64,000 bases of DNA from Syntrophobacterales bacterium (GCA_018433345.1 JAHDRK010000013.1:7482-71481); one strand, 5' to 3'. Shown: positions 19,330-28,207, counted from the stretch's first letter. The notes: a model not told the origin generated them from the sequence alone. Numbers and translations: made by a program.

Positions 19330-19881
19330 TTATTGTCCGCCTTCGCTTATGACGAATCCCGCCGGAGCGATCCCCGTTTCGGAGGGTGTGCCCGCGATGT
19401 TGGCCAGGTAGGCGGGACCGAGTTTCGTGATGTGGTCGTTGATATTGTCGAAATAATTGAAATGCGCCTGCTCTTCATCGATGATCGTCTCGAAAATCTT
19501 GGCGCTCGTGCTGTCGCCGTTTTCATTGCAAACAAGCAGGAACTGGTTGTAGCGGTCGATGGTGTCGTCTTCGAGCTGCGCGTCGAAGGAAAAAATCACG
19601 TCCACGTCCTGCCCTTTCTCTACCGCTGATTCCGGATCGGTCGTCGGCTCGCCGCCGAGTTCCTTGATCCGCTCCGCAAAGGTCTCGGCGTGTCGCATTT
19701 CGTCTATGGCTATGAGTTTTACCTTGGCTGCGAGTTCACCATAGTCCATGTCATCCAGGTTGTAGTGCTGGCTCATGTACTGAAGGATCGCCTGAAGCTC
19801 CATGGCCCTTGCCGTATTAAGAACTTCGATAACCTTTGCCTTCCGTGCTTCCCGAGTCGACTTGTTCGTTTTCCCAGCCAT
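19330..19881 (-). CDS. bfr: Bacterioferritin-family ferritin-like diiron protein
   Basis: Diiron ligand motifs DEMRHAE and EEQAHFNY in a four-helix-bundle-length protein. Start at ATG 19881 with SD GGAGGGA. About 25 extra C-terminal residues compared with classical Bfr. Confidence 0.8.
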   Translation of the reverse strand: MAGKTNKSTREARKAKVIEVLNTARAMELQAILQYMSQHYNLDDMDYGELAAKVKLIAIDEMRHAETFAERIKELGGEPTTDPESAVEKGQDVDVIFSFDAQLEDDTIDRYNQFLLVCNENGDSTSAKIFETIIDEEQAHFNYFDNINDHITKLGPAYLANIAGTPSETGIAPAGFVISEGGQ

Positions 19882-20548
19882 TTGTCTCCCTCCTCTTGAT
19901 CGCAAGTATCAGTTTCTCTATTCAGCTAAATGGAGAACCTTGATAAATCCCCCCGCCGTAATTTCGTCATTCGCGACCAGGTGAAGCACCCGGTGTTTCC
20001 AAATGTCTCATGTATTCAAGGCCGTACCTTCGCTTGCCTGGACTGACGAAAAAAGTTACGCGGAGCCCTCGAGTATTTTTTCGGTGCCTTTAATCTTCCA
20101 TGGAATCGTTTGGATACTAACCTCTTGCCGATATTTTTTCAAGCCGTTACATTTTCATTACTACAACTTTTTTATTCCCCTGTCACCGGGATTGCGGTAA
20201 TCTCGAACTTGCCACACACGGTCATCTTAAACATTCCACCCTGTACATCCCGGCTTTGCCGCATTATCGCACCATACTCGCCGCCTTCTTCATCCCGACC
20301 CCACATCCCCGCCATCCCCAAGTCCAACGCAACCCTTCATCCTGAGCTTGTAGACCCCCTTTCATCCCGAGCCTGTCGAAGGATGGAAGGGGGTGGGGTT
20401 CGGATGGTGTTTTGTATCCGGGTGGTTCTCGGCCCTGATTCCTCGGTCTCAGAATCTCTTTTCGACGGTTCCGTATCTCGCTTCACTGCGCCTCGAAAAC
20501 TCACCCTTCGGGCTCAGACAGTTCGAGGCGCGGTCGTTCCGCTTCGAT

Positions 20549-20700
20549 GGGAACCGTTACCGAAAAAATCTTGATTCGCCCTTCGGAATCAGGGCCGCTC
20601 TCTTCGCCTGTTCGTTGATAGAATGAAGCCGGGGGCAAGAAGTATGACTGAACACCCCTGTTCATCCTGAGCCCCGTCGAAGGAGGGGACGGGGAGGGGA
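20549..20700. repeat. ~150-bp dispersed intergenic repeat, copy B (partner at 13356-13500)
   Basis: See copy A. Further CATCC[TC]GAGCC..TCGAAGGA[TG]G hairpin modules flank it at 20363-20385 and 20663-20686, with an inverted copy at 20711-20730. Confidence 0.85.
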
Positions 20701-20787
20701 ACCGTTCACACTTCGACAGGGCTCAGCGCAGAGGGAGGTGCGCCTGTTTGTCTCGTTTATTCGCGTTGGAAGATTGAAAGACATCTC

Positions 20788-20926
20788 TTGACATGGCAAG
20801 AGGAATCTGTTCTACACAAACAAAAGGTCTGGGAACCGATTGGGTTTTCGCCGATTTTCGGTACAGAGTTCAAATTTTGTAGCACAGTGTGACCATCGTG
20901 CCTGCAAAGTTCGATGGTCTTTTTTT
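20788..20926 (+). ncRNA. Candidate small RNA or cis-regulatory leader (orphan promoter-to-terminator unit)
   Basis: TTGACA (20788-20793), 17-nt spacer, weak TCTACA preceded by TG. About 100 nt later comes the stem GACCATCG(20891-98)/CGATGGTC(20912-19) followed by TTTTTTT (20920-26). No coding potential. It lies 67 nt upstream of the slyD-like ATG. Confidence 0.4.
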
Positions 20927-20993
20927 ATCCGCGGTTCCACTCCTGACAAAAGGGGCCGGAACGGGGAAATCGCCTTGAAAGGAGCACGATACC

Positions 20994-21491
20994 ATGCCTG
21001 AAAAAATTAAACCGGGAGACACCGTCAGCGTTCATTACACCGGAAAGTATGAGGACGGCGGCGTTTTTGATTCATCGGAAGGCCGTGAGCCCATCAAGTT
21101 CACCGTCGGCGGGAAACAGCTCATCCGCGGGTTCGAAGAAGCAGTCGTAGGAATGAGCGAGGGAGAGAAAAAGGAGATCACAATAACACCGGAAAACGGT
21201 TACGGAGAATCCATCCCGGAACTCGTGTTCGAAATCCCCCGAAACCACGTACCGGATAATATTCAGCTGGAGGAGGGGCTCCAACTCACCCTCACGGACC
21301 AGGAGGGCAATCAACTTCCCGCCGTGGTGAAGAAGGTGACGGACGAGACGGTCACCCTGGACGCAAACCATCCGCTGGCGGGCAAAAAGCTGCACTTCGA
21401 CATCGAGGTGGTGGAAACGGGACTGACTCCCGACTCCTGTTGTGATCCCACCGGGTGCGGCAGCGGCGGAGGCGGTTGCTGCGGCTGCTGA
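20994..21491 (+). CDS. slyD: FKBP-type peptidyl-prolyl isomerase, SlyD-like, with a Cys/Gly-rich C-terminal tail
   Basis: VSVHYTGKYEDGGVFDSS..., LDANHPLAGKKLHFDIEVVE (FKBP plus IF-domain pattern). Tail is CCDPTGCGSGGGGCCGC. SD AAAGGAG. Confidence 0.85.
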   Translation: MPEKIKPGDTVSVHYTGKYEDGGVFDSSEGREPIKFTVGGKQLIRGFEEAVVGMSEGEKKEITITPENGYGESIPELVFEIPRNHVPDNIQLEEGLQLTLTDQEGNQLPAVVKKVTDETVTLDANHPLAGKKLHFDIEVVETGLTPDSCCDPTGCGSGGGGCCGC

Positions 21492-21523
21492 AGCAGCCCG
21501 CGGGGGGAGCTTGATCGTCGAAA

Positions 21524-21551
21524 GGGGTGCGGTATGCCGCGCCCCTTCTTT
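21524..21551. terminator. Hairpin terminator between convergent slyD-like and LUD-domain genes
   Basis: GGGGTGCGG-tatg-CCGCGCCCC followed by TTCTTTG. Confidence 0.55.
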
Positions 21552-21586
21552 GCTCCGACCGGTCAAGGCCGTGAATCAAAGCCTCG

Positions 21587-22243
21587 CTATATTCCCAGGT
21601 CCTGGTTTACGAGCACGACCTTGATCCTTCCCTTGGGAAATGATTTTTCCGTAATCGTCCAGCTATTGCAAATACGCTGCGTTCCCGAACATTCCTCGCA
21701 AACGGCGGTCTTCGCACAGGGCGTCTTGAACGACAGACGCATGGCGTTCACCGGGGCGGCGTAATCTTTGATTCTCACCATAGCCTCACCCAGATCCGGC
21801 ACGATCTTGTTGCGACCGGCCACGATGATCACCCATCGAGGTCCGAAAGTAATCGCCCCCACGCGGTTCCCTATCATGTCAAGATTGACCAGGAGGCCGG
21901 TTTCCGTCACCGCGTTGGTACCAGTTACAAAAAGATCGGCCAGGAGCGCCTGCCTTCGGCGTTCGAGCATCTCTTCCCGGGGAACATCCCGGTCGAGCGT
22001 GTCATAGACCGTAAATCCAAACCTCCCGTCCTTCAACGATTCGTAAAGCCCCGCCTCCTGCACAGTCATGGATCCGCCCCAGGCCACACTTTTTGCATTG
22101 AGGGAGGGGATGATTTTTTCAGTTGCGAGTTCCCGCGCCTCGTCGGCGGTTTCGACCACGAAGGCTTCAAAATTGTTCCTTTCCAGTGCCTTTTTAACCC
22201 CTTCAAGTTTCAGTTTCCAAAAGGATCGTTTTACATCGGTCAT
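21587..22243 (-). CDS. LUD-domain (lactate-utilisation LutC/YkgG-like, DUF162) protein
   Basis: 218 aa with N-terminal KKALERNNFEAFVVETADEARE and C-terminal Cys cluster CAKTAVCEECSGTQRIC, typical of this family. SD AAGGAGGAG. Confidence 0.75.
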   Translation of the reverse strand: MTDVKRSFWKLKLEGVKKALERNNFEAFVVETADEARELATEKIIPSLNAKSVAWGGSMTVQEAGLYESLKDGRFGFTVYDTLDRDVPREEMLERRRQALLADLFVTGTNAVTETGLLVNLDMIGNRVGAITFGPRWVIIVAGRNKIVPDLGEAMVRIKDYAAPVNAMRLSFKTPCAKTAVCEECSGTQRICNSWTITEKSFPKGRIKVVLVNQDLGI

Positions 22244-22297
22244 CCGTTTCTCCTCCTTTCACTGTAAAGACGACAGACACATATTTTGAAATTTCGC

Positions 22298-23182
22298 TTA
22301 TTGTAACGTAATATTTTTCGACTGCCACGCAAGACGGAACTTTATGGAATGAAGAAGTCGCTTTGAAAGAAGAACAAAAAGGTACGCCGCCCCCGCCACA
22401 ATGATCGTGGTGGCTCCGGCGGGGAGGTCGGCGGCGTAACTCACCGCCAGCCCGGTGGTGGTAAAGAGGGCGGTAAAAAAAACGGACAGCATCATGAGCC
22501 TCGACAGCCGACCGGTGAAGTTTCCCGCCACCGCCGCGGGGATGGTCAAAAGGGCGATGACCATGACGATTCCCACCACCATTACGAGCAACACCACACC
22601 CAGGGCCGTGAGACAGAGAAGAAGGAGAAAGTAAAACTCCACCTTTACGCCCCGGAGACGTGCGAATTCCTCGTCGAAGCAGACTGCCAGTAAACGACGG
22701 TAAAAGAGCACAACGACCACCACTACAACGAGGTCGAGGGCGGCGATGATCCGGAGATCTCTCGGCGATACCATGAGGATGTTCCCGAAGAGATAGCTCA
22801 TCAGGTCCTCACCGTAGCCTGGAGTCCGGGATATGAACAGCACGCCCAGGGCCATACCCAGCGCCCACACGGCCCCGATGACCGTGTCCTCCCGTTCACG
22901 GGCATAGAGGCTCACAAGACCGATTACGACGGCCGCTATCAAGGCCGAAATCACCGCTCCCAAGAGCGGTGTGAGCCATTCCCACTGGTAGACCACCCGG
23001 CAGTACCGTGCAGCACCGAGACCCGCAAGAACAGAGTGAGCAATTCCCCCCGCCAGGTAGGTAATCCGGCGGGTGACGACGTAACCGCCTATGACGCCGC
23101 AGGCGACACTTGCCAGCAGCCCCGTGGCCAAGGCATATTGGAGAAAGTGGTACTTTGCCAGATCGCCTATGAATTCAGACAT
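22298..23182 (-). CDS. znuB: Metal (Zn/Mn-type) ABC transporter permease
   Basis: ABC-3 family polytopic permease. Start at ATG 23182 overlaps the znuC stop by 8 nt. The track start 23239 lies inside znuC. Confidence 0.85.
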   Translation of the reverse strand: MSEFIGDLAKYHFLQYALATGLLASVACGVIGGYVVTRRITYLAGGIAHSVLAGLGAARYCRVVYQWEWLTPLLGAVISALIAAVVIGLVSLYAREREDTVIGAVWALGMALGVLFISRTPGYGEDLMSYLFGNILMVSPRDLRIIAALDLVVVVVVVLFYRRLLAVCFDEEFARLRGVKVEFYFLLLLCLTALGVVLLVMVVGIVMVIALLTIPAAVAGNFTGRLSRLMMLSVFFTALFTTTGLAVSYAADLPAGATTIIVAGAAYLFVLLSKRLLHSIKFRLAWQSKNITLQ

Positions 23183-23951
23183 GGCATTCTCCCCCACCGC
23201 TCCTTTCGTCATGGCGGACCATGCGCACGTCCGATCCATAGATTTCGCTGATGATCTCTCCCGTTATTTCGCTGGTGGGATGCACGACGACGCGCCGGTT
23301 TACGCAGACAACGGTGCGCACGTACCGCGACACGAAGCCGATGTCGTGACTCACAACGACAACGGTCATGCGATGGTTCAACCAGAGCAAAAGTTCAAAG
23401 AGTTCTCCCTCGTGGGCGGGATCGACGTTCGACGTGGGTTCATCGAGGATCAAAAGTTCCGGATCGGTCGCCAGTGCCCTGGCTATCAGCACCCGTTGCC
23501 TCTGCCCGCCGGAAAGTCCCGCGAAAGGACGGTCGCGAAGGTCTGCAATGTCCAGTTTGCGAAGGACGTCATCAACCCGGGCGTCCCTTTCGACGCGGCG
23601 CTGGAAAGCGAAGAGACCTCCCTTGCCAAGGAAACCCATGGAAACGACGTCTGTCACATTCACGGGGAACATCATGTCGAGCTGGGAGTGCTGGGGCATA
23701 TAACCCACGCGGTGACGCGCAGAGGCAGGGGGACACCCGAACAGCCGGATCTTTCCCCGGAGGGGTTCGAGCAGGCCGAGAACCAGCTTTACGAGCGTCG
23801 TCTTCCCTCCCCCGTTGGGTCCCACGATCGAGACAAAGTCGCCCCGCTCCACGGAAAGGTTCACCCCTTCCAGGACCGGTTCACCGTTGTAGGAAAAGGT
23901 GACGTTCTCCATCGTGACAACGGGATCTTCTTTCCTCTCTCTCTGGATCAT
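23175..23951 (-). CDS. znuC: Metal ABC transporter ATP-binding protein
   Basis: Walker A GPNGGGKTT, signature LSGGQRQR, Walker B LLILDEPT. Confidence 0.9.
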   Translation of the reverse strand: MIQRERKEDPVVTMENVTFSYNGEPVLEGVNLSVERGDFVSIVGPNGGGKTTLVKLVLGLLEPLRGKIRLFGCPPASARHRVGYMPQHSQLDMMFPVNVTDVVSMGFLGKGGLFAFQRRVERDARVDDVLRKLDIADLRDRPFAGLSGGQRQRVLIARALATDPELLILDEPTSNVDPAHEGELFELLLWLNHRMTVVVVSHDIGFVSRYVRTVVCVNRRVVVHPTSEITGEIISEIYGSDVRMVRHDERSGGGECHV

Positions 23952-24892
23952 GCACCTTCCCGCCTTTCCCCGCCTCCGACCGCCAAGGCCTTACTTATCG
24001 CCTCCCCTATTCGTTCCAGGTTCAGCAGGTAGTCTCTCGCCAGCGGATCGAGCGGAACCACCGCGCCGCCTATCTCACGGGCCACTGACTCGGCCAGGCG
24101 AGGCGAAAACTGCGGCTGGACGAAGATGACCCGCACGCCTTCCTCTTTCGCCTTCTCGATTATCGAGGCGAGTTGCCGGGGCGAAGGTTCTTTGCCGCTG
24201 ACCTCCACGGACTCCTGGTGAAGCCCGTAAGAATCGGCGAAATACCCGAAGGCCGGATGAAAGGCGTAGAAAGTCTTCCCTTTCAGGGGCGCGAGAATTT
24301 CAGTCAATTCCCGATCGATTCTTTCCAGATCCTCGAGAAAGGAGACCAGGTTGGCCCGGTAGAGGTTCTCCCTTTCCGGGTCCAACTCGACCAGGGCCTG
24401 GCAGATGGTCCGCGCCTGTATCATGACCCGCTTCGGATCAAGCCATACATGGGGATCCGCCGTCTCCCCGGACGAGGATTGTCCATGGCGGTGATCGTCG
24501 TCGCCGGTCTCGCGGTCGCGATGAAACGGCGCTTCGAAATATCTCAGGGGTACCCCCAGGCGGGTGTCCACGATCCTGAGGTTCCTCATGGTTCCCCCGA
24601 TCTTTTCAAGAATACGGTCTTCAAAGGGCAATCCGATCCGGAAAAAAATGTTCGCCTCTCCCAGCGCGGCCATCTGCCTCGGCGTGGGCTCGTAAGTATG
24701 GGGCGACATGCCCGACCCCACGAGAACCCCCACGTCCACGTGAGGACCTCCGATCCTCTCGACAAAATAGGCCTGGGGAAGAATGCTGACAAAGACCTTC
24801 GGCCGCCCCGCCATGGCCTCAACGCCAAAAAGAGCGAAAGAAACACATAAAAAGACAACCACGCCGTGAATAACATTCCATGCCCTGTTCAT
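23948..24892 (-). CDS. znuA: Metal ABC transporter substrate-binding protein, ZnuA-like
   Basis: Cluster-9-type SBP with signal peptide (VVVFLCVSFALFGVEAMA) and an acidic/His-rich loop HRDRETGDDDHRHGQSSSGETADPH, characteristic of Zn-specific ZnuA. Start at ATG 24892. A 4-nt overlap with znuC. Confidence 0.85.
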   Translation of the reverse strand: MNRAWNVIHGVVVFLCVSFALFGVEAMAGRPKVFVSILPQAYFVERIGGPHVDVGVLVGSGMSPHTYEPTPRQMAALGEANIFFRIGLPFEDRILEKIGGTMRNLRIVDTRLGVPLRYFEAPFHRDRETGDDDHRHGQSSSGETADPHVWLDPKRVMIQARTICQALVELDPERENLYRANLVSFLEDLERIDRELTEILAPLKGKTFYAFHPAFGYFADSYGLHQESVEVSGKEPSPRQLASIIEKAKEEGVRVIFVQPQFSPRLAESVAREIGGAVVPLDPLARDYLLNLERIGEAISKALAVGGGERREGA

Positions 24893-24914
24893 GCCTCGCA
24901 GCCACTCCCGACGT

Positions 24915-25172
24915 TCAACTCTCCCTGAAACAGACAAGGTAATTCTCTTTGCACTCCTCGCAGTTGCTCACCGAGTGATGGGTGGAAAAGTCCTGCCAGT
25001 GCCTGATCTGGGAGGGCGTCAATATGCCCCTTCCATTGCAGAGGGGACAGGCCGTGCCCAGGGCCTCCATGATGGCCCTGCGGATGAATTCGGAACGGTT
25101 GGGTATATCCTTCAATACCTCCATCATCGCCTCATCCACCTTGAAGCTTATCACCTCTTCTTTTTTCTTCAT
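24915..25172 (-). CDS. Small ribbon-helix-helix (CopG/NikR-type) DNA-binding protein fused to a Cys/His-rich zinc-finger-like tail
   Basis: 85 aa. RHH pattern ISFKVDEAMMEVLKDIPNRSEFIRRAIMEAL, then CPLCNGRG (CxxCxGxG), HH, CEEC. First gene of the znu cluster. Confidence 0.8.
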   Translation of the reverse strand: MKKKEEVISFKVDEAMMEVLKDIPNRSEFIRRAIMEALGTACPLCNGRGILTPSQIRHWQDFSTHHSVSNCEECKENYLVCFRES

Positions 25173-25198
25173 GGGAACGCTCCCGCCGTTTTCGAATT

Positions 25199-25226
25199 AA
25201 GTAGTACTTTGTATTACCATAGTCAA
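25199..25226 (-). promoter_or_regulatory. Candidate promoter plus palindromic operator of the RHH-znuACB operon
   Basis: Minus strand: TTGACT (25226-25221), 17-nt spacer, TACTTA. The perfect 11-bp palindrome AAGTA-C-TACTT (25199-25209) overlaps the -10 region. The -10 match is weak. Confidence 0.35.
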
Positions 25227-25388
25227 GTCGCTTTTTTCAAATGGAATTGCCGCTGAAACGGCGCAGAAGAATCGTCAAAACAAAAAACTACGATGTTTAC
25301 ACCGTCGGGGGCGATCGGATCGCCGTCGGCTGAAGACTCGTTGTCTTCTTCGAGGAAATTTTTGCTTTTAGCACCGGACAATTGCCGG

Positions 25389-26138
25389 TCAGGGCAGCCG
25401 GTTGATTGCGGAGGCGACGCAGGCGGCGCCGAAACCGTTGTCGATATTGACGACGGCCACGCCTCCCGCGCAACTGTTGAGCATGGCAAGCAGGGCCGCC
25501 AGCCCCCCGAAGCTCGCCCCGTAACCCACACTGGTGGGGACTGCGATGACCGGCTTGTCCACGAGCCCCCCCACGACGCTTGCCAGTGCACCCTCCATAC
25601 CGGCCACGACAATGACGACCCGGGCACCCCGGACCAGGTCTATCACGTCGAAAAGCCGGTGGATGCCGGCCACCCCAACGTCTATGATCCGCTCCACCCG
25701 GTTTCCCAGGATTTCCGCGGAAACCGCCGCCTCCTCCGCCACGGGCAGGTCGGAGGTGCCGGCGGCGACCACGGCGATGTAGCCCTCGGGGATATTAAGC
25801 GCCACCTTCCTGACGGTGATCGTCCGGGCGGTTTCGTTGTATTCCGCCCGGGGGCAGATTTCCGACACGGCGGCAAAGACCTCCGCAGTCGCGCGGGTGG
25901 CGAGGATGTTGGTGTCCCGAGTGAGCATGTATTCCACGATTTCGCGGACCTGGGCGGCCGTCTTACCTTGGCAGAATATGACCTCCGGACGCCCCTGCCG
26001 CTCGGGACGCTGATTGTCGATCCGGGCGAACCCCAGGTTCTTGCAGGAGGCCTCACGGATGAGTTCCAGGGCGGCCTCCATACCGAGAGCCCCCTCTTTG
26101 AAGGCGGCGAGGATATTCTTCAGTTCATCGTCTTTCAT
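25389..26138 (-). CDS. larB: Nickel-pincer cofactor biosynthesis protein LarB (PurE-like NaAD carboxylase/hydrolase)
   Basis: [57 protein letters not shown]. Start at ATG 26138 with SD GGAAGGAGA. The track start 26231 overlaps larE. Confidence 0.88.
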   Translation of the reverse strand: MKDDELKNILAAFKEGALGMEAALELIREASCKNLGFARIDNQRPERQGRPEVIFCQGKTAAQVREIVEYMLTRDTNILATRATAEVFAAVSEICPRAEYNETARTITVRKVALNIPEGYIAVVAAGTSDLPVAEEAAVSAEILGNRVERIIDVGVAGIHRLFDVIDLVRGARVVIVVAGMEGALASVVGGLVDKPVIAVPTSVGYGASFGGLAALLAMLNSCAGGVAVVNIDNGFGAACVASAINRLP

Positions 26139-26199
26139 GGATCCCGTCTCCTTCCGGCGTCTCGAGGGATGTTCCGATCCCTCGGCATTCCGGCGCCCC

Positions 26200-26985
26200 T
26201 CAATCCATGCTGCCGCTGCGGTACCCTTCAAGGTCGAGTGCCACGTAGCGGAAACCCATTTGTTTCAATCGCTTCGCCACCTTTCCCATCCGTTCTTCGC
26301 TCATGAAAAGACGCCTCTGCCCCGGCGCCACCTCTATGCGGGCCATGACACCGTCGCTCCTGACCCTCACCTGCTCCATGCCTTCCTCGATGAGGTATTC
26401 TTCAGCCATTTCAATGCGCGTAAGTGTCTCCAGCGTCACCTCGAACCCATGGGGCAGCCTGGTCATCAGGCAGGAATCAGCCGGCGTTATCCAGCTTTCT
26501 CTTCCCCGCTCACGCAGGAGTTCGGTTATTTCGCCCCGGGTAAACCCCATTTCGCGGAGCGGGCTCAGCACACCCCGTTCTTTAAGCGCGCTCATTCCCG
26601 GTCGAAGCGCCTTCCTGTCGTCGGCCTGTGTCCCGTCCAGCAGGTGCCTGATCTTGCGCGATTCAGCTTCACGACCCATCAGTTCGAACATGGCATCTTT
26701 GCAGAGATAGCATCTGTTCCGGGGGTTATATCGGATTTCCTCGCCGATCGGCATGTCTATACTGCGATGTTCCACGCCCAGGCACGCGATGATATCGTTG
26801 GCGCGCCGAATGTCACGCTTCAGGGTATAGGGCGCGAACACGGTGAAGGCAGTTACCCCGCCGCCGAGGGCCTCACGGGCGATGTCGAGCAGGAAGGCGC
26901 TGTCCTGACCGCCTGAAAAGGCGACGGCGCACGGTTCCAGCCCCCGGAGCCGTTCCAACAGGGCTTCCAGTTTATTATCCTTCAT
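26200..26985 (-). CDS. larE: Nickel-pincer cofactor sulfur transferase LarE (PP-loop ATPase)
   Basis: PP-loop AFSGGQDS, CxxC (C92, C95) and DSCLMTR (C172). Overlaps the larC stop by 11 nt. Confidence 0.88.
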   Translation of the reverse strand: MKDNKLEALLERLRGLEPCAVAFSGGQDSAFLLDIAREALGGGVTAFTVFAPYTLKRDIRRANDIIACLGVEHRSIDMPIGEEIRYNPRNRCYLCKDAMFELMGREAESRKIRHLLDGTQADDRKALRPGMSALKERGVLSPLREMGFTRGEITELLRERGRESWITPADSCLMTRLPHGFEVTLETLTRIEMAEEYLIEEGMEQVRVRSDGVMARIEVAPGQRRLFMSEERMGKVAKRLKQMGFRYVALDLEGYRSGSMD

Positions 26986-28207
26986 GTGCCTCCTCTTTCG
27001 ATGCCACCCTTGTACGCTCCACGGCGTCGTACACCTCTTTCAGGGGTACGCCCCTCTCCAGGGCTATGCGGCGGCAATCTTCGTACTCCGGCTTCCATGT
27101 GATCCTGCCGGGACCACGAAGAGCCCTCTTCACCCGAACCTCCCCCAGGTCTGTCTGTACCGTGACCAAGTCCCGATCGAGCGTCGTCCTTCCGAGGCGC
27201 TGTTTCCGCACTCCCAGGGTGGCGGTTTCCTGCAGGCTTATCTCTTCCGCCTCAGCCTGCCGCGAAGGTTCGCAAACCGCCGAAAGCACCACGGCCGGCC
27301 TCGATTTTTTCATGATAACGGGCGTAAGGTACACGTCTATCGCACCGGCGTCAAAAAGCCGGTCCATTACGTGCTCGAGCATTTCCGGGCTCATGTCGTC
27401 GATGTTGCATTCCACGAGGCAGATATCATTATCGCCGTCTGTCAATCGTCCGGGCTCGGCCTCGCCGAGGATCACCCTGAGCACATTGGGTATCTCAATG
27501 TCTCTCGTCCCCACGCCGTAACCGATCTTTAAAGGCCGAAAAGCCGCTTCGGAGGTAAAGCAGTCCACGGTGGAAGCCAGGACGGCAGCCCCCGTGGGCG
27601 TTGTCAATTCGAAGGGGGCCCTCCCCTTCGTGACCGGTATTCCTCGCAGGATTTCCAGCGTGGCAGGCGCAGGAACGGGAAGGGTTCCGTGGGCACATGT
27701 GACGAATCCTCCTCCAAGCTCAACGGGAGAAGACATGACGCGATCCACCTCGAGGATCTCCAGACAGACGGCGGCGCCCACGATATCGATAATGGAATCA
27801 ACGGCGCCCACCTCGTGGAAATGCACTTCTTCGACGTCGGCGCCGTGGATCTTTCCTTCGGCGCGGGCTATCCTGGAAAATATATCGATGCTCGTTTTTT
27901 TAACCCCATCGGAAAGTCGGGAGGCCTGTATAAGCGCCTTGATATCGGTGAAAGACCGGCCGTGAAAATCGCCTTTGTGTTGATATGCTCCTTTTCGCCG
28001 GTCTGGTTCGTCGTTATGTATCACGTCGATCTTCGTTCCGGTGACCCCTCTCATCTCTCGACATGACCGCCTCAGTTCATATCCGTATAGGTCGAGCTTT
28101 TTAAGGGACTCGACCAGCCGATCAAAATCGACGCCCACATCCACCAGCGCGCCCAGGTTCATGTCTCCGCTTATTCCCGCGAAGCAATCGTAGTAAAGTA
28201 TTTTCAT
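26975..28207 (-). CDS. larC: Nickel insertion protein LarC (DUF111)
   Basis: MKILYYDCFAGISGDMNLGALVDVG is the canonical LarC N-terminus. Start at ATG 28207 with SD GAGGTGG. The track start 28342 adds 45 unsupported residues. Confidence 0.9.
   Translation of the reverse strand: MKILYYDCFAGISGDMNLGALVDVGVDFDRLVESLKKLDLYGYELRRSCREMRGVTGTKIDVIHNDEPDRRKGAYQHKGDFHGRSFTDIKALIQASRLSDGVKKTSIDIFSRIARAEGKIHGADVEEVHFHEVGAVDSIIDIVGAAVCLEILEVDRVMSSPVELGGGFVTCAHGTLPVPAPATLEILRGIPVTKGRAPFELTTPTGAAVLASTVDCFTSEAAFRPLKIGYGVGTRDIEIPNVLRVILGEAEPGRLTDGDNDICLVECNIDDMSPEMLEHVMDRLFDAGAIDVYLTPVIMKKSRPAVVLSAVCEPSRQAEAEEISLQETATLGVRKQRLGRTTLDRDLVTVQTDLGEVRVKRALRGPGRITWKPEYEDCRRIALERGVPLKEVYDAVERTRVASKEEAHEG

Noticed and set aside
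22298-24892. Re-interpreting the ABC transporter as a nickel importer because it follows larCEB
   Set aside because: The SBP has the acidic/His-rich loop typical of Zn-specific ZnuA, and the permease and ATPase are ABC-3/ZnuBC-like. The adjacency to lar may be coincidental. I kept only the open question under the RHH regulator finding.
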